Positions 9,085 to 19,047 of a stretch of DNA of 64,000 nucleotides are shown here, in pieces. The notes beneath the pieces were generated by a model, which did not search any database, was not told the origin of the DNA, and worked only from the letters and a program-made list of their open reading frames with translations. Each line of letters starts with the position of its first letter. Position 1 is the first letter of the stretch. A program made the translations under genes and the position numbers. Origin of the DNA: a virus (lineage: Duplodnaviria; Caudoviricetes); the IMG/VR virus record IMGVR_UViG_3300044852_000015, positions 96,001-160,000 of that record. One strand, 5' to 3'.

Positions 9085-10476
9085 TTAGTAATCTCGTAAG
9101 GCAGTTTTGATGAGGATGAACAGGATTGGAATGTAGTAGAACCGTTCCAAGTTGTTCCAGCGTTTAGCAGTCTGGACCAAGTTCAACAACGTAGGCTTGT
9201 GCATCGACTGACCCGTTAACGCACACAGAACCAAGTGTTCCAACTTGGACTGTTCCAATGGCAGGTTGTCGTAAAACGCCTGTGACAGCACGTAGAAGTC
9301 ACCTTTGTTCACCGGATGGATGTCTGGCAGGGCCTCAAGGCCCACAGGAGCCTCTGGAGGCGCGTAGTGGAAGCCGTTCAGCTCTTTGCTGACCAACACA
9401 CGGCGTAGCTCTCTATTACGCGCTATGCCCGGCAGGAGGCGTCCTGGGACCAGTGGGTCTTGAACCGAGTACTGGGTGTCTACGACGGTGAGGGTAGAAT
9501 TGTCGAGTGGGTACACGACGTCCTGCACACCGCTGTAATAGATGCCGTCAAACATCGCGGCTTCTGTAAACAAAGACGACGGTGACAAGCCAGCTTTCTG
9601 GAAGCACAGCTCACGCACGTCGTTGTTCAAGTTAACCAGACACGTCCACAGGTTGTGTTCCCGGTACCGCACGTTACCATCAACGTTCAGAGCCCGGATA
9701 CGCATGATGATGTTGCTGTCACGGTTATCCAGAATCGACAGCAAACCAATTACCATAAAGGGATCGTACGTCACGTTCACTTGGTTCGGAACGCACAGTG
9801 TCTGGTATTCGACGTTGAAGAAGTCGGCGAGGTACTGGAACAGCAAGTTGGAGTAACCGGCGTTCAGTTGCGAGATCTGATCGAAGTCACTCGACGCCAT
9901 GACCGGGTTCTGACCGTGGTGAATAAAGTCGCGTACAAAGACGGACTCCTTCACTACTTTCTTAGCCAAGTCATTCTTGTACTCAGACGTCAGGTAGTCA
10001 CGCAGGGTGTAGTCGATTTGGTAGCAGGTGTCTTTGAAGATCGCTTTCTTTTCAGTCCGCGTAATCGTAAACACACCCACTCGACCGTCACCAATGTCAG
10101 CAAGGAACACGTCCCCGTTGTTTGGCTTGACTCCTGGGTACAACGTCGCCGAACCGGTCACAATAGCGTTACGGTTGTTGTCGTCTTGTTGATAACCCAG
10201 TTCAGTCTGTACCTTCAGCTCCAAGTGTCGAATGAGGCGGTACTGTTGGTAGACTGCTTGTTGGTTCAGTTGTAGGTCAGAGGTTTCGTCGTCCGTGTCG
10301 AGGACCTGTTGGTAGTAGTCAACGGTCCAACTGGAACCCTCAATGTGAGTCAACAAACTCGACATCGGAATGTAACGGCTGTCCACTACAGCATTGCGAA
10401 CCTCAGCCGCAATGGCTAAGGGTTCGACAGGTACTGCCTTAGGTGGGACAGTAGGTTTGGAATCCAAGATAGGCAT
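9085..10476 (-). CDS. Virion structural protein (phiKZ gp99-like)
   Basis: 463 aa; synteny and size; PNNGDVFLADIGDGR motif. Confidence 0.5.
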   Translation of the reverse strand: MPILDSKPTVPPKAVPVEPLAIAAEVRNAVVDSRYIPMSSLLTHIEGSSWTVDYYQQVLDTDDETSDLQLNQQAVYQQYRLIRHLELKVQTELGYQQDDNNRNAIVTGSATLYPGVKPNNGDVFLADIGDGRVGVFTITRTEKKAIFKDTCYQIDYTLRDYLTSEYKNDLAKKVVKESVFVRDFIHHGQNPVMASSDFDQISQLNAGYSNLLFQYLADFFNVEYQTLCVPNQVNVTYDPFMVIGLLSILDNRDSNIIMRIRALNVDGNVRYREHNLWTCLVNLNNDVRELCFQKAGLSPSSLFTEAAMFDGIYYSGVQDVVYPLDNSTLTVVDTQYSVQDPLVPGRLLPGIARNRELRRVLVSKELNGFHYAPPEAPVGLEALPDIHPVNKGDFYVLSQAFYDNLPLEQSKLEHLVLCALTGQSMHKPTLLNLVQTAKRWNNLERFYYIPILFILIKTALRDY

Positions 10477-11985
10477 TTACTTGTCCCTTCTGGCAATGAT
10501 GCCGGTGGCACCAACGGTGAACATACGACGTGACTGGTCACGCTTCCCTTTGTTAATCAGATCCCACAACCAATCCTTCGGAATCAACTTCCCACCAATG
10601 ATTGGAATCTTGCTGGTGTCCACCCGAGGGTAGAGGGTCTTGATCAACTCAATGGCGAAGATGGGGTTCGTGCGAATGCGGTCAATGGCTTCTCGAGTCA
10701 GGATACTCAAGTCTGTCACCAAGCACAGACGCAAGTGCTGTACGTCACGCAAGGTCAGGTCATATGAACTGCGGACATTCAAGTCCACGTCCATCAACAC
10801 CGAACCGTCTGGCATCGGTTTATCCCAACGGTACAGTTGGAAGTTAAACACCGACTGCGTGTACTTGCTGATGAACGGTACTTCACCCTTGAGGAACTCC
10901 AGCGCTGCTGCGGAGAACTCAAAGTCACCGAGGTTGTGCAGACTGACCATGTCACGAGGATCGTTTTCATCCACCCCCAGTAACAGCTCCAAGACAGGAC
11001 TGGTGCGAGGTACAACCCAGTTCGCCATCCAATCGTCAAACGCTGGAATACGATTACGAGCGAGTGGCTGTAGCCGCTCTTTATACAGCCTCGTGTAGTA
11101 GTCCATCAGGAAGCGTTCATTAGACGGACGCCGGGCACGATTAGCCAACTCGTAGACTGGGACGTTAGGTCGGAAACGTTCGTCCACCATCTGGTTGTGA
11201 ATGACCACTGGGTAGTGAGCCATCACAGCAACCACCTTGTCGTACATAAAGGTGTAATCGAAACCACACTCCCATGGAGCCCCTTCGCCAGCCTTAGCAC
11301 CCTTGTCAGGTTGTGCTACGAAGTTAAAGCCCCCTACGATGCTTGCCTGACGTTCTGCGATCGCCAACAGGGGTTGGGTTCCCGCTTGTGTCCGAAGCGT
11401 TGTAGCGCGTCCTGAGATGTGTTCCTGCACCCATTGCTCCAGCGGCTCATCGTAACCTGCGACTGCTTCACGCATTTCGTGGATTTGGTAGAGGATCAGA
11501 GCAATGGAGTCAGGGATTGGGTAGTGGTAGTCAATCTCATGGAGCAGTTCTGCACGCCCTTGTGAGGAACGTACCCGGAACTCGTCTCGCCACTTCTCAG
11601 CTTGAGTACTGTCCTGAGCACGGTAACGGAACGAGATAGTTACTTCACAAGAAACGTAGACAGGCTTAACGAACACATCGAGACGTTGATCGTAGAAGAC
11701 GAACTGGACGTTGTCTTTCTTTACCGCTGAGGTCAGCGTACGGTCTTCGATGTATTGTTCGTCAGCTTCGATGTTGACACGACCATTGAACGGGAACTTG
11801 TTCTGGATGCCGGTATCAGTGAGAGTGGTTTGAGGTTGGAACTGAGACTCCGCTTTACCGAAGAACTCAAAGCCAGTATCAGGCGGCAAGCGCATGATCT
11901 CAATCAACTGTTTCGCTACCTGAGTAATGGCGGGGCGTGTAATCGAGGTATACGTTTCTGGAAGTTCAACAACGATGTTAGGCAT
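10477..11985 (-). CDS. Virion structural protein (phiKZ gp98-like)
   Basis: Likely start MPNIVVELPE at 11985 after GGAG; the longer ORF extension overlaps the Tad1-like gene. Confidence 0.5.
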   Translation of the reverse strand: MPNIVVELPETYTSITRPAITQVAKQLIEIMRLPPDTGFEFFGKAESQFQPQTTLTDTGIQNKFPFNGRVNIEADEQYIEDRTLTSAVKKDNVQFVFYDQRLDVFVKPVYVSCEVTISFRYRAQDSTQAEKWRDEFRVRSSQGRAELLHEIDYHYPIPDSIALILYQIHEMREAVAGYDEPLEQWVQEHISGRATTLRTQAGTQPLLAIAERQASIVGGFNFVAQPDKGAKAGEGAPWECGFDYTFMYDKVVAVMAHYPVVIHNQMVDERFRPNVPVYELANRARRPSNERFLMDYYTRLYKERLQPLARNRIPAFDDWMANWVVPRTSPVLELLLGVDENDPRDMVSLHNLGDFEFSAAALEFLKGEVPFISKYTQSVFNFQLYRWDKPMPDGSVLMDVDLNVRSSYDLTLRDVQHLRLCLVTDLSILTREAIDRIRTNPIFAIELIKTLYPRVDTSKIPIIGGKLIPKDWLWDLINKGKRDQSRRMFTVGATGIIARRDK

Positions 11986-12056
11986 GTCAAAGCTCCAGTA
12001 AATGATCATAAGATAAACGGCATAAAGCCCTGAGGCGTTAACCTCAGGGCGATTGC

Positions 12057-12500
12057 TTAACTTAGACTGATCCGTCCAGCTTCCAAGTCTACCAATGCTT
12101 GCTTTACCGCTTGAGCTGTCTTGAGGCGATTGGTACGTTGGTGTAGGGAGTGCAGTGCATGAGACACGCCCAACAGTGCTTGTTGGTTCTCCTCGCTCTT
12201 GTACGGGCCTTCTTGACAACCCAACAAACGGTGTTCGCAGATTGCCAACAGGGCTTCGAGGGTGATTCCGTTGAACCCTTCTGCTGGATTCCCTGATTGA
12301 AACAGAATGTCTAATTGTCGGGTTGGTGGGAGGTGTTCGTAACCCGGTGTTGGTTGACGGTTGTAGTTATCCATCGTGTTAAAGTTACTGATGCAATACC
12401 GATGGTTATCACCACCGGGTCCCTTTTGATCACTGTGGGTGATGGTAAGAGCCTTAGGATCAAGATCAGAGGAGGACACTACGTGTCTGCTAATTTGCAT
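12057..12500 (-). CDS. tad1: Tad1/Acb2-family immune-signal sponge (anti-Thoeris/anti-CBASS)
   Basis: GPGGDNHRY, ILFQSG, NGITLEALLAICEHRL, QEGPYKSEEN..AL, HQRT match the Tad1 pattern GPGGAxHxY...FQxG...GxxxxxLLxIxxDRL..FQxGPF..REN..AL; start MQISRH at 12500. Confidence 0.85.
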   Translation of the reverse strand: MQISRHVVSSSDLDPKALTITHSDQKGPGGDNHRYCISNFNTMDNYNRQPTPGYEHLPPTRQLDILFQSGNPAEGFNGITLEALLAICEHRLLGCQEGPYKSEENQQALLGVSHALHSLHQRTNRLKTAQAVKQALVDLEAGRISLS

Positions 12501-12610
12501 ATAAAAACCCTTAGACGGAATGACAGAGCATTTTAAAGACATTAGATACAACGAAGCAGTAAGAAAAAACCAAAAAAAAAACACTGCTAGACAAGCCAGT
12601 GTTTTCATAC

Positions 12611-13417
12611 TTAGCCCAGTAGCGGCACTGCGCCGTCAAACACGACAGCTTCACGGTTAGCCACTTTAGCGAAAGGGGCCATATCGAGGAGGAGGATCTC
12701 GGTACGTTCAATCACTAGGTCGGGTTCACTGTGAGCTTTGTGCTTCGGTGGAAGCTTGGCCAAGTCTTCTGCGGTGAAGGGTGCACTGGTCTTGCGCCGT
12801 TGGATAAACTGACCACGACGGAAGGAGGCTGGGTAGTCAGCGAAGCGTACGCCTTTCTGGTACAGCAGCTCGATGCGTTCTTTACCAGTCTTACCGTGGA
12901 GGGCGGTGTGACTGTAGTGTTCACTGGCCGCCATGGTGATAGCGTTCTTGGTAGCGTCCCACTCGCGCCACAGCAACACGTTAGCCGCTTCAGTCTGGTT
13001 AGGGACTTGCCACACACGGGAGTCAAAGGTTGGGAGACGTTCTGCGTACTTCGCTGGCAACCGTTCTACGATCTCACGGTAGAAGAACAGAGTCGCTTGG
13101 GCTGCGAGGTGACAGTTCATCTTGGAGATGCGTCCGTTGAACCACAGTTGTTTCTTCAGGCTGTCGCTGAACCACACCAGACTGATCTCGTCAGACTGAG
13201 TGTAACCCATAGAAGCTCCTGTGTGCTCCACCAAGTGGCGACAGGTAGCAATCATGGCCGCTTGCATGTCTACGTCGTAAGGACGCTTCAAACCGCGTGT
13301 AAAGCGAGAGAAGCCACGACCGTCAATCCGTGCAACGATTGGGATCAACGGCATGAACATCCGACCAGCTTCAGCCGCTTCATACATCTTCATCCGATCG
13401 CCAAGTTCGTCTTTCAT
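12611..13417 (-). CDS. thg1: tRNA(His) guanylyltransferase Thg1-like protein (3'-5' polymerase)
   Basis: LGDRMKMYE, ARIDGRGFSRFT, GYTQSDEISL, WFNGRISK, FDSRV, WREWDATKNAI, FRRG. Confidence 0.95.
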   Translation of the reverse strand: MKDELGDRMKMYEAAEAGRMFMPLIPIVARIDGRGFSRFTRGLKRPYDVDMQAAMIATCRHLVEHTGASMGYTQSDEISLVWFSDSLKKQLWFNGRISKMNCHLAAQATLFFYREIVERLPAKYAERLPTFDSRVWQVPNQTEAANVLLWREWDATKNAITMAASEHYSHTALHGKTGKERIELLYQKGVRFADYPASFRRGQFIQRRKTSAPFTAEDLAKLPPKHKAHSEPDLVIERTEILLLDMAPFAKVANREAVVFDGAVPLLG

Positions 13418-13489
13418 CTTCTTTTCCTTAAAAGGTCTGATTAGGTATAAAAAAGAAAAGCCCGGTTAGGGGCTTTTCTCTGGTGTTAC

Positions 13490-14005
13490 TTACTCAGCAA
13501 CAAAACCGCGTTCAACCGTGGCTACGTCACCGAGGACACGTCCGATCATTTGATCGAACTGAATCGCGATCATCTGACCCGGAGTAATGGGTTGACCCCA
13601 GTTACTCACGTCGAAGTTCGGAGCCATGTCAGGACGCAGACCGATCACGATCGCACGGTCTTGACCGTTTGGAATGATAGCGAAGCCCGAAGCGCAACCG
13701 TACGGGTGAGCGCCGTAGCCACCCAACAGCGTGTGTGGCTGGCGCTGGTACTGCGGTTGAGCCGGTGGTTGGTTGTATTGCTCTTCACGCTCACGCACCA
13801 TTTGCAGGGTGATTGGGTCAACGATCAGAGTGTAACCTTTACCGCCCTCCAGCAGAGCGCCGAACTCAGGGTCGACTTTCGTGACAGCCGCTACTACCCG
13901 AGAGAACGGGGTTTGCAGATTGCGTTTGTCGAAGATCGCACCATGGACCAGGTTGGCCATAGGGACCGACAGGAATTTCTTTTCTTCAGTTGCGGTGGTA
14001 GTCAT
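13490..14005 (-). CDS. Hypothetical protein
   Basis: 171-aa ORF with phage-like codon use, flanked by hairpins. Confidence 0.7.
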   Translation of the reverse strand: MTTTATEEKKFLSVPMANLVHGAIFDKRNLQTPFSRVVAAVTKVDPEFGALLEGGKGYTLIVDPITLQMVREREEQYNQPPAQPQYQRQPHTLLGGYGAHPYGCASGFAIIPNGQDRAIVIGLRPDMAPNFDVSNWGQPITPGQMIAIQFDQMIGRVLGDVATVERGFVAE

Positions 14006-14059
14006 TGCATACTCTCTTTCTTAAGGGACGGGGCTCCACGATGAGCCCCTAGGGGGATT

Positions 14060-14368
14060 TCAGTTACGGTAGCCAGGTGGCACACCGAGACGGTTCATAC
14101 GAATCCAGCGGTTGATGAAAGCCCGCTGTATCCAACCACACGCATAGTTCACCACCAACACTGGGATCAGCGCCATAGCACCGAAGTAACCAGCGAGGAA
14201 GATGAACAGTGCAGTACCGAGGGTGAACTTAACGCGATGAGGACAAGTCTTTAACAAGAATGTCGCACTGCGCTCATCGTTCTTACGCTCGAAGCGATAG
14301 ATGCCGCGAGTAACGCTCAGGAAGCCAATGCCAAACCACAGGTAGACAATTACGATAAAGGCGGTCAT
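14060..14368 (-). CDS. Small membrane protein
   Basis: Start MTAFIVIVYLW; two or three hydrophobic segments. Confidence 0.65.
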   Translation of the reverse strand: MTAFIVIVYLWFGIGFLSVTRGIYRFERKNDERSATFLLKTCPHRVKFTLGTALFIFLAGYFGAMALIPVLVVNYACGWIQRAFINRWIRMNRLGVPPGYRN

Positions 14369-14369
14369 A

Positions 14370-14636
14370 TCACAGAGCCCCTTTGTAGATAGCGTCCAGT
14401 ACAGGCCACAGGTTCTGGTCAACCTTGAACTCAACGGCTTGAGCTACCGTAGGGCGCATCTTCTTCAGAGCGGTAGTCAGACCACCCAGACCGCGCAGCA
14501 GTTCAGCAGTCAACTCGCGAGTAGCGAAGTACTCATTGAATGGAATGCCTTCGATGTGGATAACATCGTTGACGATGGTGTGGTTTACAGTAACGGTGTT
14601 CAGGGATTCGGTGTGGATCGAGGTATTGAAGTTCAT
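14370..14636 (-). CDS. Hypothetical early protein
   Basis: 88 aa, AAGGAA SD within the repeated leader. Confidence 0.7.
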   Translation of the reverse strand: MNFNTSIHTESLNTVTVNHTIVNDVIHIEGIPFNEYFATRELTAELLRGLGGLTTALKKMRPTVAQAVEFKVDQNLWPVLDAIYKGAL

Positions 14637-14679
14637 GGTGTAATTCCTTCTAAGGATTTAGGATTAGGGTACAGCGGTC

Positions 14680-14841
14680 TTACTTCAACAGCGCCATTGC
14701 GTCAGCCAGTTTCTGGTCAGCGCTACGGTTGTCTTTCTCCTGAGCCTTTAACTGCTCTTCGGATTGCTTCAGGGCTTCACGACCTTTTGCCAAGTGTTGA
14801 GCGAGGTTAGGGTTGTGGACGCCATATTGAACATTGTTCAT
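14680..14841 (-). CDS. Small early protein (53 aa, coiled-coil-like), below the ORF-track cutoff
   Basis: MNNVQYGVHNPNLAQHLAKGREALKQSEEQLKAQEKDNRSADQKLADAMALLK; GGAG SD; first gene after an early promoter. Confidence 0.65.
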   Translation of the reverse strand: MNNVQYGVHNPNLAQHLAKGREALKQSEEQLKAQEKDNRSADQKLADAMALLK

Positions 14842-14870
14842 TGTGAGTACTCCAGAGTTAATTCTAGTTT

Positions 14871-14910
14871 ATTCACTTAAGTAATATATACTTGAGATTT
14901 TTTTAATTCA
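14871..14910 (-). promoter_or_regulatory. Early (virion RNAP) promoter
   Basis: TTAAAAAAATCTCAAGTATATATTAC-TTAA-GTGAAT; TATATTAC is the reported phiKZ early motif. Confidence 0.8.
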
Positions 14911-14984
14911 GATTACACGGGGCATAAAAGCCCACCCCGAAGAGTGGGCTTTTATTAGATTGACTTAAAGTCAGTCGTCAAGAA

Positions 14985-16292
14985 TTACTTCTTGGCGTCT
15001 TTCTTGTCGTCTTTCTTTTTGTCGTCGGTACCTTTGCTCGACAGTGCGCGCTCGACCAGGGTCAGGGCAGCACGGACGGCGCTGAAACCAGCGTTGTTCA
15101 CTTGCAGGAGCGGACGGGTCAGGTCTTTGGTAGCTTTACGCATACCGCTGTTGACCTTGGCCTGGCTCCAGGCTTTACCCAGCTTGCCAGTTTCGGCAGC
15201 TTTCACGAAGGTCTCGGTTTGAGCCAGAGCCTTGTCGCGAGCGCTTTCCAGTTTGGTCAGGTACTGACCTTTGGCGATCAGGGTAGCGACGATGCGGTCG
15301 CAGTAGTCCAGCATCTCTTTCAGAGGTACGGAACCACCAACGTCGGCTTCAACGCCTTCGTTGACGCTGTGCTTCTTGCGACCCAGGGTCACGGTGCGGT
15401 TGGTTTTGTCTTCGCCGGCAGGACCTTGTTCCTGAGAACCGGTGAAGTAGTAACCGCCCAGGGCTTCCTTGGTGCGTGCAGTCAGCTTGGCCGCAACAAC
15501 AGCGAACTCGCCGTCAGCTTTCTCGATCTCGGCGTTGATGGCCGATTCTTCCAGAGCGTTCTGGGTTTTCGGGTCGGTCAGGAGAGCGCCCCAGTGCTGG
15601 TAGTACTTCTCAGCACCGTTGACCATTTCGCTCCAGGAGTCTTCGATCATCGGCAGCAGCAGGCTGAAGCCTTTGTTGATCGAAGCCAGGTCGGACTTGC
15701 CCTGATAGTTCAGGATGTCCGGCGAAGGAACTTTGACCTTGCCGCCTTTGATGTCGTGACCTTCCGACTTCAGCTTGGACTGAAGAGCGTCAACGCGCGA
15801 CTTCAGTTTCTTGGCGCCGCCGATCAGCTTGGCGAAGAAGTTCTTGACCGCAGCGATGGCTTTCATCACGGCGTTCTTGATGGCCTGCCAGATTTTCTTG
15901 ACGGTTTCCTTGATGCCTTCCATCGAGATGGTGGTGGCAGCAGCTTGACCGCTCGCGCCGCCGAAGGATTCGAGCGAAGGAGTGATCGAGGAAACAGACA
16001 GACCCAGGCGACGGGTGTAGCCGTTCACGGCGTGTTGCATGAACAGAGCTGCCTGAGGGTTCAGACCGCCGTCTTCCATGCACGCTTCCATCGAGGCGCA
16101 GATGCTTTCCAGGCCTTCGGAAATGTCGCCCAGTTCGGCAACGTCGTCGGAACCTTGTTCGGCTTCGGCGTAGGATTCGGCGGTTTCAGCGATTTCCTGC
16201 TCAACGGTGTCGTCTGGGGAAACAACCAGCTCGGTGTCAAACAGAGCGTCGTCTTCCATTGAGACGAACAGGGCTTTCAAAGAAGTAGACAT
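14985..16292 (-). CDS. phiKZ-like internal head (inner body) protein, gp93-97 paralog family
   Basis: Acidic propeptide with SME/SLE prohead-protease sites (FVSMED, PSLESFG, TISMEG) followed by IKETVKKIWQAIKNAV amphipathic helix. Confidence 0.85.
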   Translation of the reverse strand: MSTSLKALFVSMEDDALFDTELVVSPDDTVEQEIAETAESYAEAEQGSDDVAELGDISEGLESICASMEACMEDGGLNPQAALFMQHAVNGYTRRLGLSVSSITPSLESFGGASGQAAATTISMEGIKETVKKIWQAIKNAVMKAIAAVKNFFAKLIGGAKKLKSRVDALQSKLKSEGHDIKGGKVKVPSPDILNYQGKSDLASINKGFSLLLPMIEDSWSEMVNGAEKYYQHWGALLTDPKTQNALEESAINAEIEKADGEFAVVAAKLTARTKEALGGYYFTGSQEQGPAGEDKTNRTVTLGRKKHSVNEGVEADVGGSVPLKEMLDYCDRIVATLIAKGQYLTKLESARDKALAQTETFVKAAETGKLGKAWSQAKVNSGMRKATKDLTRPLLQVNNAGFSAVRAALTLVERALSSKGTDDKKKDDKKDAKK

Positions 16293-16368
16293 CAGGAGAA
16301 CTCCATAAACAATTGTTTGATGCAATGATTGCACATGTGCATAACATACACACAGTCAGGGGTAAAGC

Positions 16369-16938
16369 TTACACGAACTTACCGGCGAGCGCTCTGACGT
16401 CAATGGTGGCGTCAGCTTTGGACCGTTTATCGCGCACTTCACCAAACATAATGTAAAGCGAAACTACGAGATCATTCAGCCCACCAGGACGGGAAACCCA
16501 AGTCGACACCACGGAACTGTCGGACGAGCCAACCGCTTGCAGGAAGTCTTGGATGTCTTTGCTCGAGCCGCGATCACGATAATCGTTGTTCGGAGAGTGG
16601 TTCTCCAGAAGCAGCGCTAACCAGTTCTGGACAGATACCCGGCGCCGACCCGTTTGGATAAAGCGCAGTGTGTCGATCAGAAACTCATAGTTATATCCGT
16701 ACAAAAACGGATTGTTCTTTTGAGTGTTGATAAACAACGGGAAATTGTTGAAGCAGTTCATTGCCACCATGAGCACACGCTTCTGGTAAGCCCAACCGTT
16801 GTGGTTGACCTGACGCTGCATCATCTGGTCGTAGAGAGCGGTGATGTCACCGCTACCCGTTACACGAATGATGTCGCTGCGCGCTGAAGGAGCAATGAAT
16901 CCACGGGGATACAGATCACCGAAGACTCGATTAATCAT
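16369..16938 (-). CDS. Virion/head-associated protein (phiKZ gp91-like)
   Basis: Synteny; overlaps upstream gene stop. Confidence 0.45.
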   Translation of the reverse strand: MINRVFGDLYPRGFIAPSARSDIIRVTGSGDITALYDQMMQRQVNHNGWAYQKRVLMVAMNCFNNFPLFINTQKNNPFLYGYNYEFLIDTLRFIQTGRRRVSVQNWLALLLENHSPNNDYRDRGSSKDIQDFLQAVGSSDSSVVSTWVSRPGGLNDLVVSLYIMFGEVRDKRSKADATIDVRALAGKFV

Positions 16939-17827
16939 TGTAACCCTCCTCCATCTCCGCGATACGCTTGTTCAGCTTCTGCACTCGACCCTCGGTGTAA
17001 GCGATCTCCTGCTCCAGCTTAGCGTCAGGCTCGCCACCGTCCTTCAAAGCCAACAGACGGTATTCCAGAGCCCGCTTCTCTTCGATAGCGGCCTTGTAGC
17101 GGTTTACCTGCCATTCAGCGATCGACATACGGATGTAGTAGATCGGGTTCAGGCGCACCGGGATGATGCCGAAGTGGAACGGGTCGGTCTTGGTAGCCCC
17201 AACAGTCGCTTCCACCGCAGGGATGTCGTCAGGAGCCACTACCATGTCTGGTACAGCGCTGAACGAGCTTTGCATCTTCTGCGTGTTGATCGACAGGATA
17301 GCCAGGCACTTGGCGTAGTTATCACGGTTGTCCCAGATCCAACGCTCTTCAGCTTTGGACATCGCTTTCGGCAGACGGAACGGCGAGTTGTCGCTGTCCT
17401 GTTCTTCACTGAGGCTCCACAGCAACAGACGACGAGCGTAGCGGCTAGAGAAGCTAGCTACTTCGAGGTACTGGAGAATGTTGGCACGCAGGAAACTGAT
17501 CGAAGACGAACCGACGTCTTTAGCGAAAGCACGGTCAATCATCTTGCCCAGGACTTCGAGTTTCTCTTCCATGGTGTTCAGCACTTGCCAACTTACAGTC
17601 AGGTAGTTGCCGGACGCCTTCTCGATCGTAGCGATCTTCAGGAAGTTCTTATCGTAGTTCAGGGCCTGTTTGCTTTTCAGCTTACCGACACGGTAGAACT
17701 CCGACGCTTCACGCAGTGGTGGCAGCGTGATCTCTTTGATCTCGTTACGCACAACACCGAGTTCCTCAGTCAAACGACCTTTCTCGAAAGTCGGCAACAT
17801 GAGGGAGATGAATTTTTGCAACTTCAT
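16931..17827 (-). CDS. Virion head protein (phiKZ gp90-like)
   Basis: 298 aa; synteny; C-terminal coiled coil. Confidence 0.55.
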   Translation of the reverse strand: MKLQKFISLMLPTFEKGRLTEELGVVRNEIKEITLPPLREASEFYRVGKLKSKQALNYDKNFLKIATIEKASGNYLTVSWQVLNTMEEKLEVLGKMIDRAFAKDVGSSSISFLRANILQYLEVASFSSRYARRLLLWSLSEEQDSDNSPFRLPKAMSKAEERWIWDNRDNYAKCLAILSINTQKMQSSFSAVPDMVVAPDDIPAVEATVGATKTDPFHFGIIPVRLNPIYYIRMSIAEWQVNRYKAAIEEKRALEYRLLALKDGGEPDAKLEQEIAYTEGRVQKLNKRIAEMEEGYND

Positions 17828-17842
17828 AGCGCACCCCTGGGG

Positions 17843-19021
17843 TTAGATAGACGGGCTGTTGCCCAGTTGGTAGGCCTTGAGGATCTCGGCGACGTCTGGA
17901 CCTTTGCCTTTGTTAGACACGGCCAGTTCTTTCACGCTGAGTTCGGTAGGGATGGCCAGACTGCGGTGATAGAACGTGACGACTTCCCAATCTGGGTCGA
18001 CCACGGCCAGGATCATGCAGTAGGTTTCTTTGAAGATCTTCTCGCGGGTGCGGAAGTCCTTCAAACGCCCACCAACGGTGCGTTCCAGTTCTTTGGCGCT
18101 GGAGGCCGACATCACGATCAGGTTCGACGCGGTGGCTACAGAAGGCTGACCCGAGAAGATGGCAGAGACGCTGTTGCCTGAACGGCGCTTACGGATTTCT
18201 TCGTACAGACCGGTTGGGTCTTTGGCCAGGGTCTTCTTGTGGGAGTCGATCAGATCTTGACACAGCAACAGGTCACGAACGAATTCGAGCTGACCAGCAC
18301 GCCATGCGTGGAAGCGTTCTTTGACAGAGATGTTCTTGCTGCCAACGCTTAAGATATGAACCAGCTCCTTAGAGCCAATGCCGCTACAGATGAGGCGGAC
18401 GTTGATTGGGAAGGTTGCACGGCTGCCCTCGGACTCGATTTGAACCTCGAGCATTTTACCGACGGAGAGGTTAGTCAACTCACCCAACATCTTGACGGTA
18501 TCACGACCCGGTGACATGCCAATGCCTGCACCGAATGGGGCTTCCTTGTTCTCGTCATCGACGCCATTTGCAGCGCGGACATAATCGAGGGCGCTAGCAC
18601 TTTCTAGGCTAGCGTTAAGGGAACCGAGTCCATCTGGACGACCAGGTACTGGCAGACGGAAACGATAGGCTTCTACCGACTCCATGCTTACAACTGTGGC
18701 CACGCCGTTGCTGACGCCGTTCACAACGTTATCAGCAACGTTGCGTTTAGGGTTGAGCTTGTCCAACAGCTTAACCACGTCCACACGACCAACGTTCACC
18801 GACAGGGCGACCGCTTGCAGGTAGTAACCACTGAACAGCGAAGTCAGAGATTGCATCAGGTCACCGGCATACGGCAGACTGGTACATTTCTCGTCCATCA
18901 GAACAATGGGTTCGACACGAGTCGGTTGGGTGTACTCGATCAACGAGCCGGACTTAGCAGCCCGAATCGTATCCGTCAGTTTGCTGGCCATATTAAGGCC
19001 AGTCACAATGTCATTCATCAT
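17843..19021 (-). CDS. Virion head protein (phiKZ gp89-like)
   Basis: 392 aa; SME/SLE processing motifs; synteny. Confidence 0.55.
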   Translation of the reverse strand: MMNDIVTGLNMASKLTDTIRAAKSGSLIEYTQPTRVEPIVLMDEKCTSLPYAGDLMQSLTSLFSGYYLQAVALSVNVGRVDVVKLLDKLNPKRNVADNVVNGVSNGVATVVSMESVEAYRFRLPVPGRPDGLGSLNASLESASALDYVRAANGVDDENKEAPFGAGIGMSPGRDTVKMLGELTNLSVGKMLEVQIESEGSRATFPINVRLICSGIGSKELVHILSVGSKNISVKERFHAWRAGQLEFVRDLLLCQDLIDSHKKTLAKDPTGLYEEIRKRRSGNSVSAIFSGQPSVATASNLIVMSASSAKELERTVGGRLKDFRTREKIFKETYCMILAVVDPDWEVVTFYHRSLAIPTELSVKELAVSNKGKGPDVAEILKAYQLGNSPSI

Positions 19022-19047
19022 TTCTGATAATCCCTCGAAGGTGACTT

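Noticed and set aside
11986-12219. N-terminal extension of the 580-aa ORF, and the extension 12501-12608 of the Tad1-like ORF
   Set aside because: They overlap another gene or terminator hairpins; better starts lie at 11985 and 12500.
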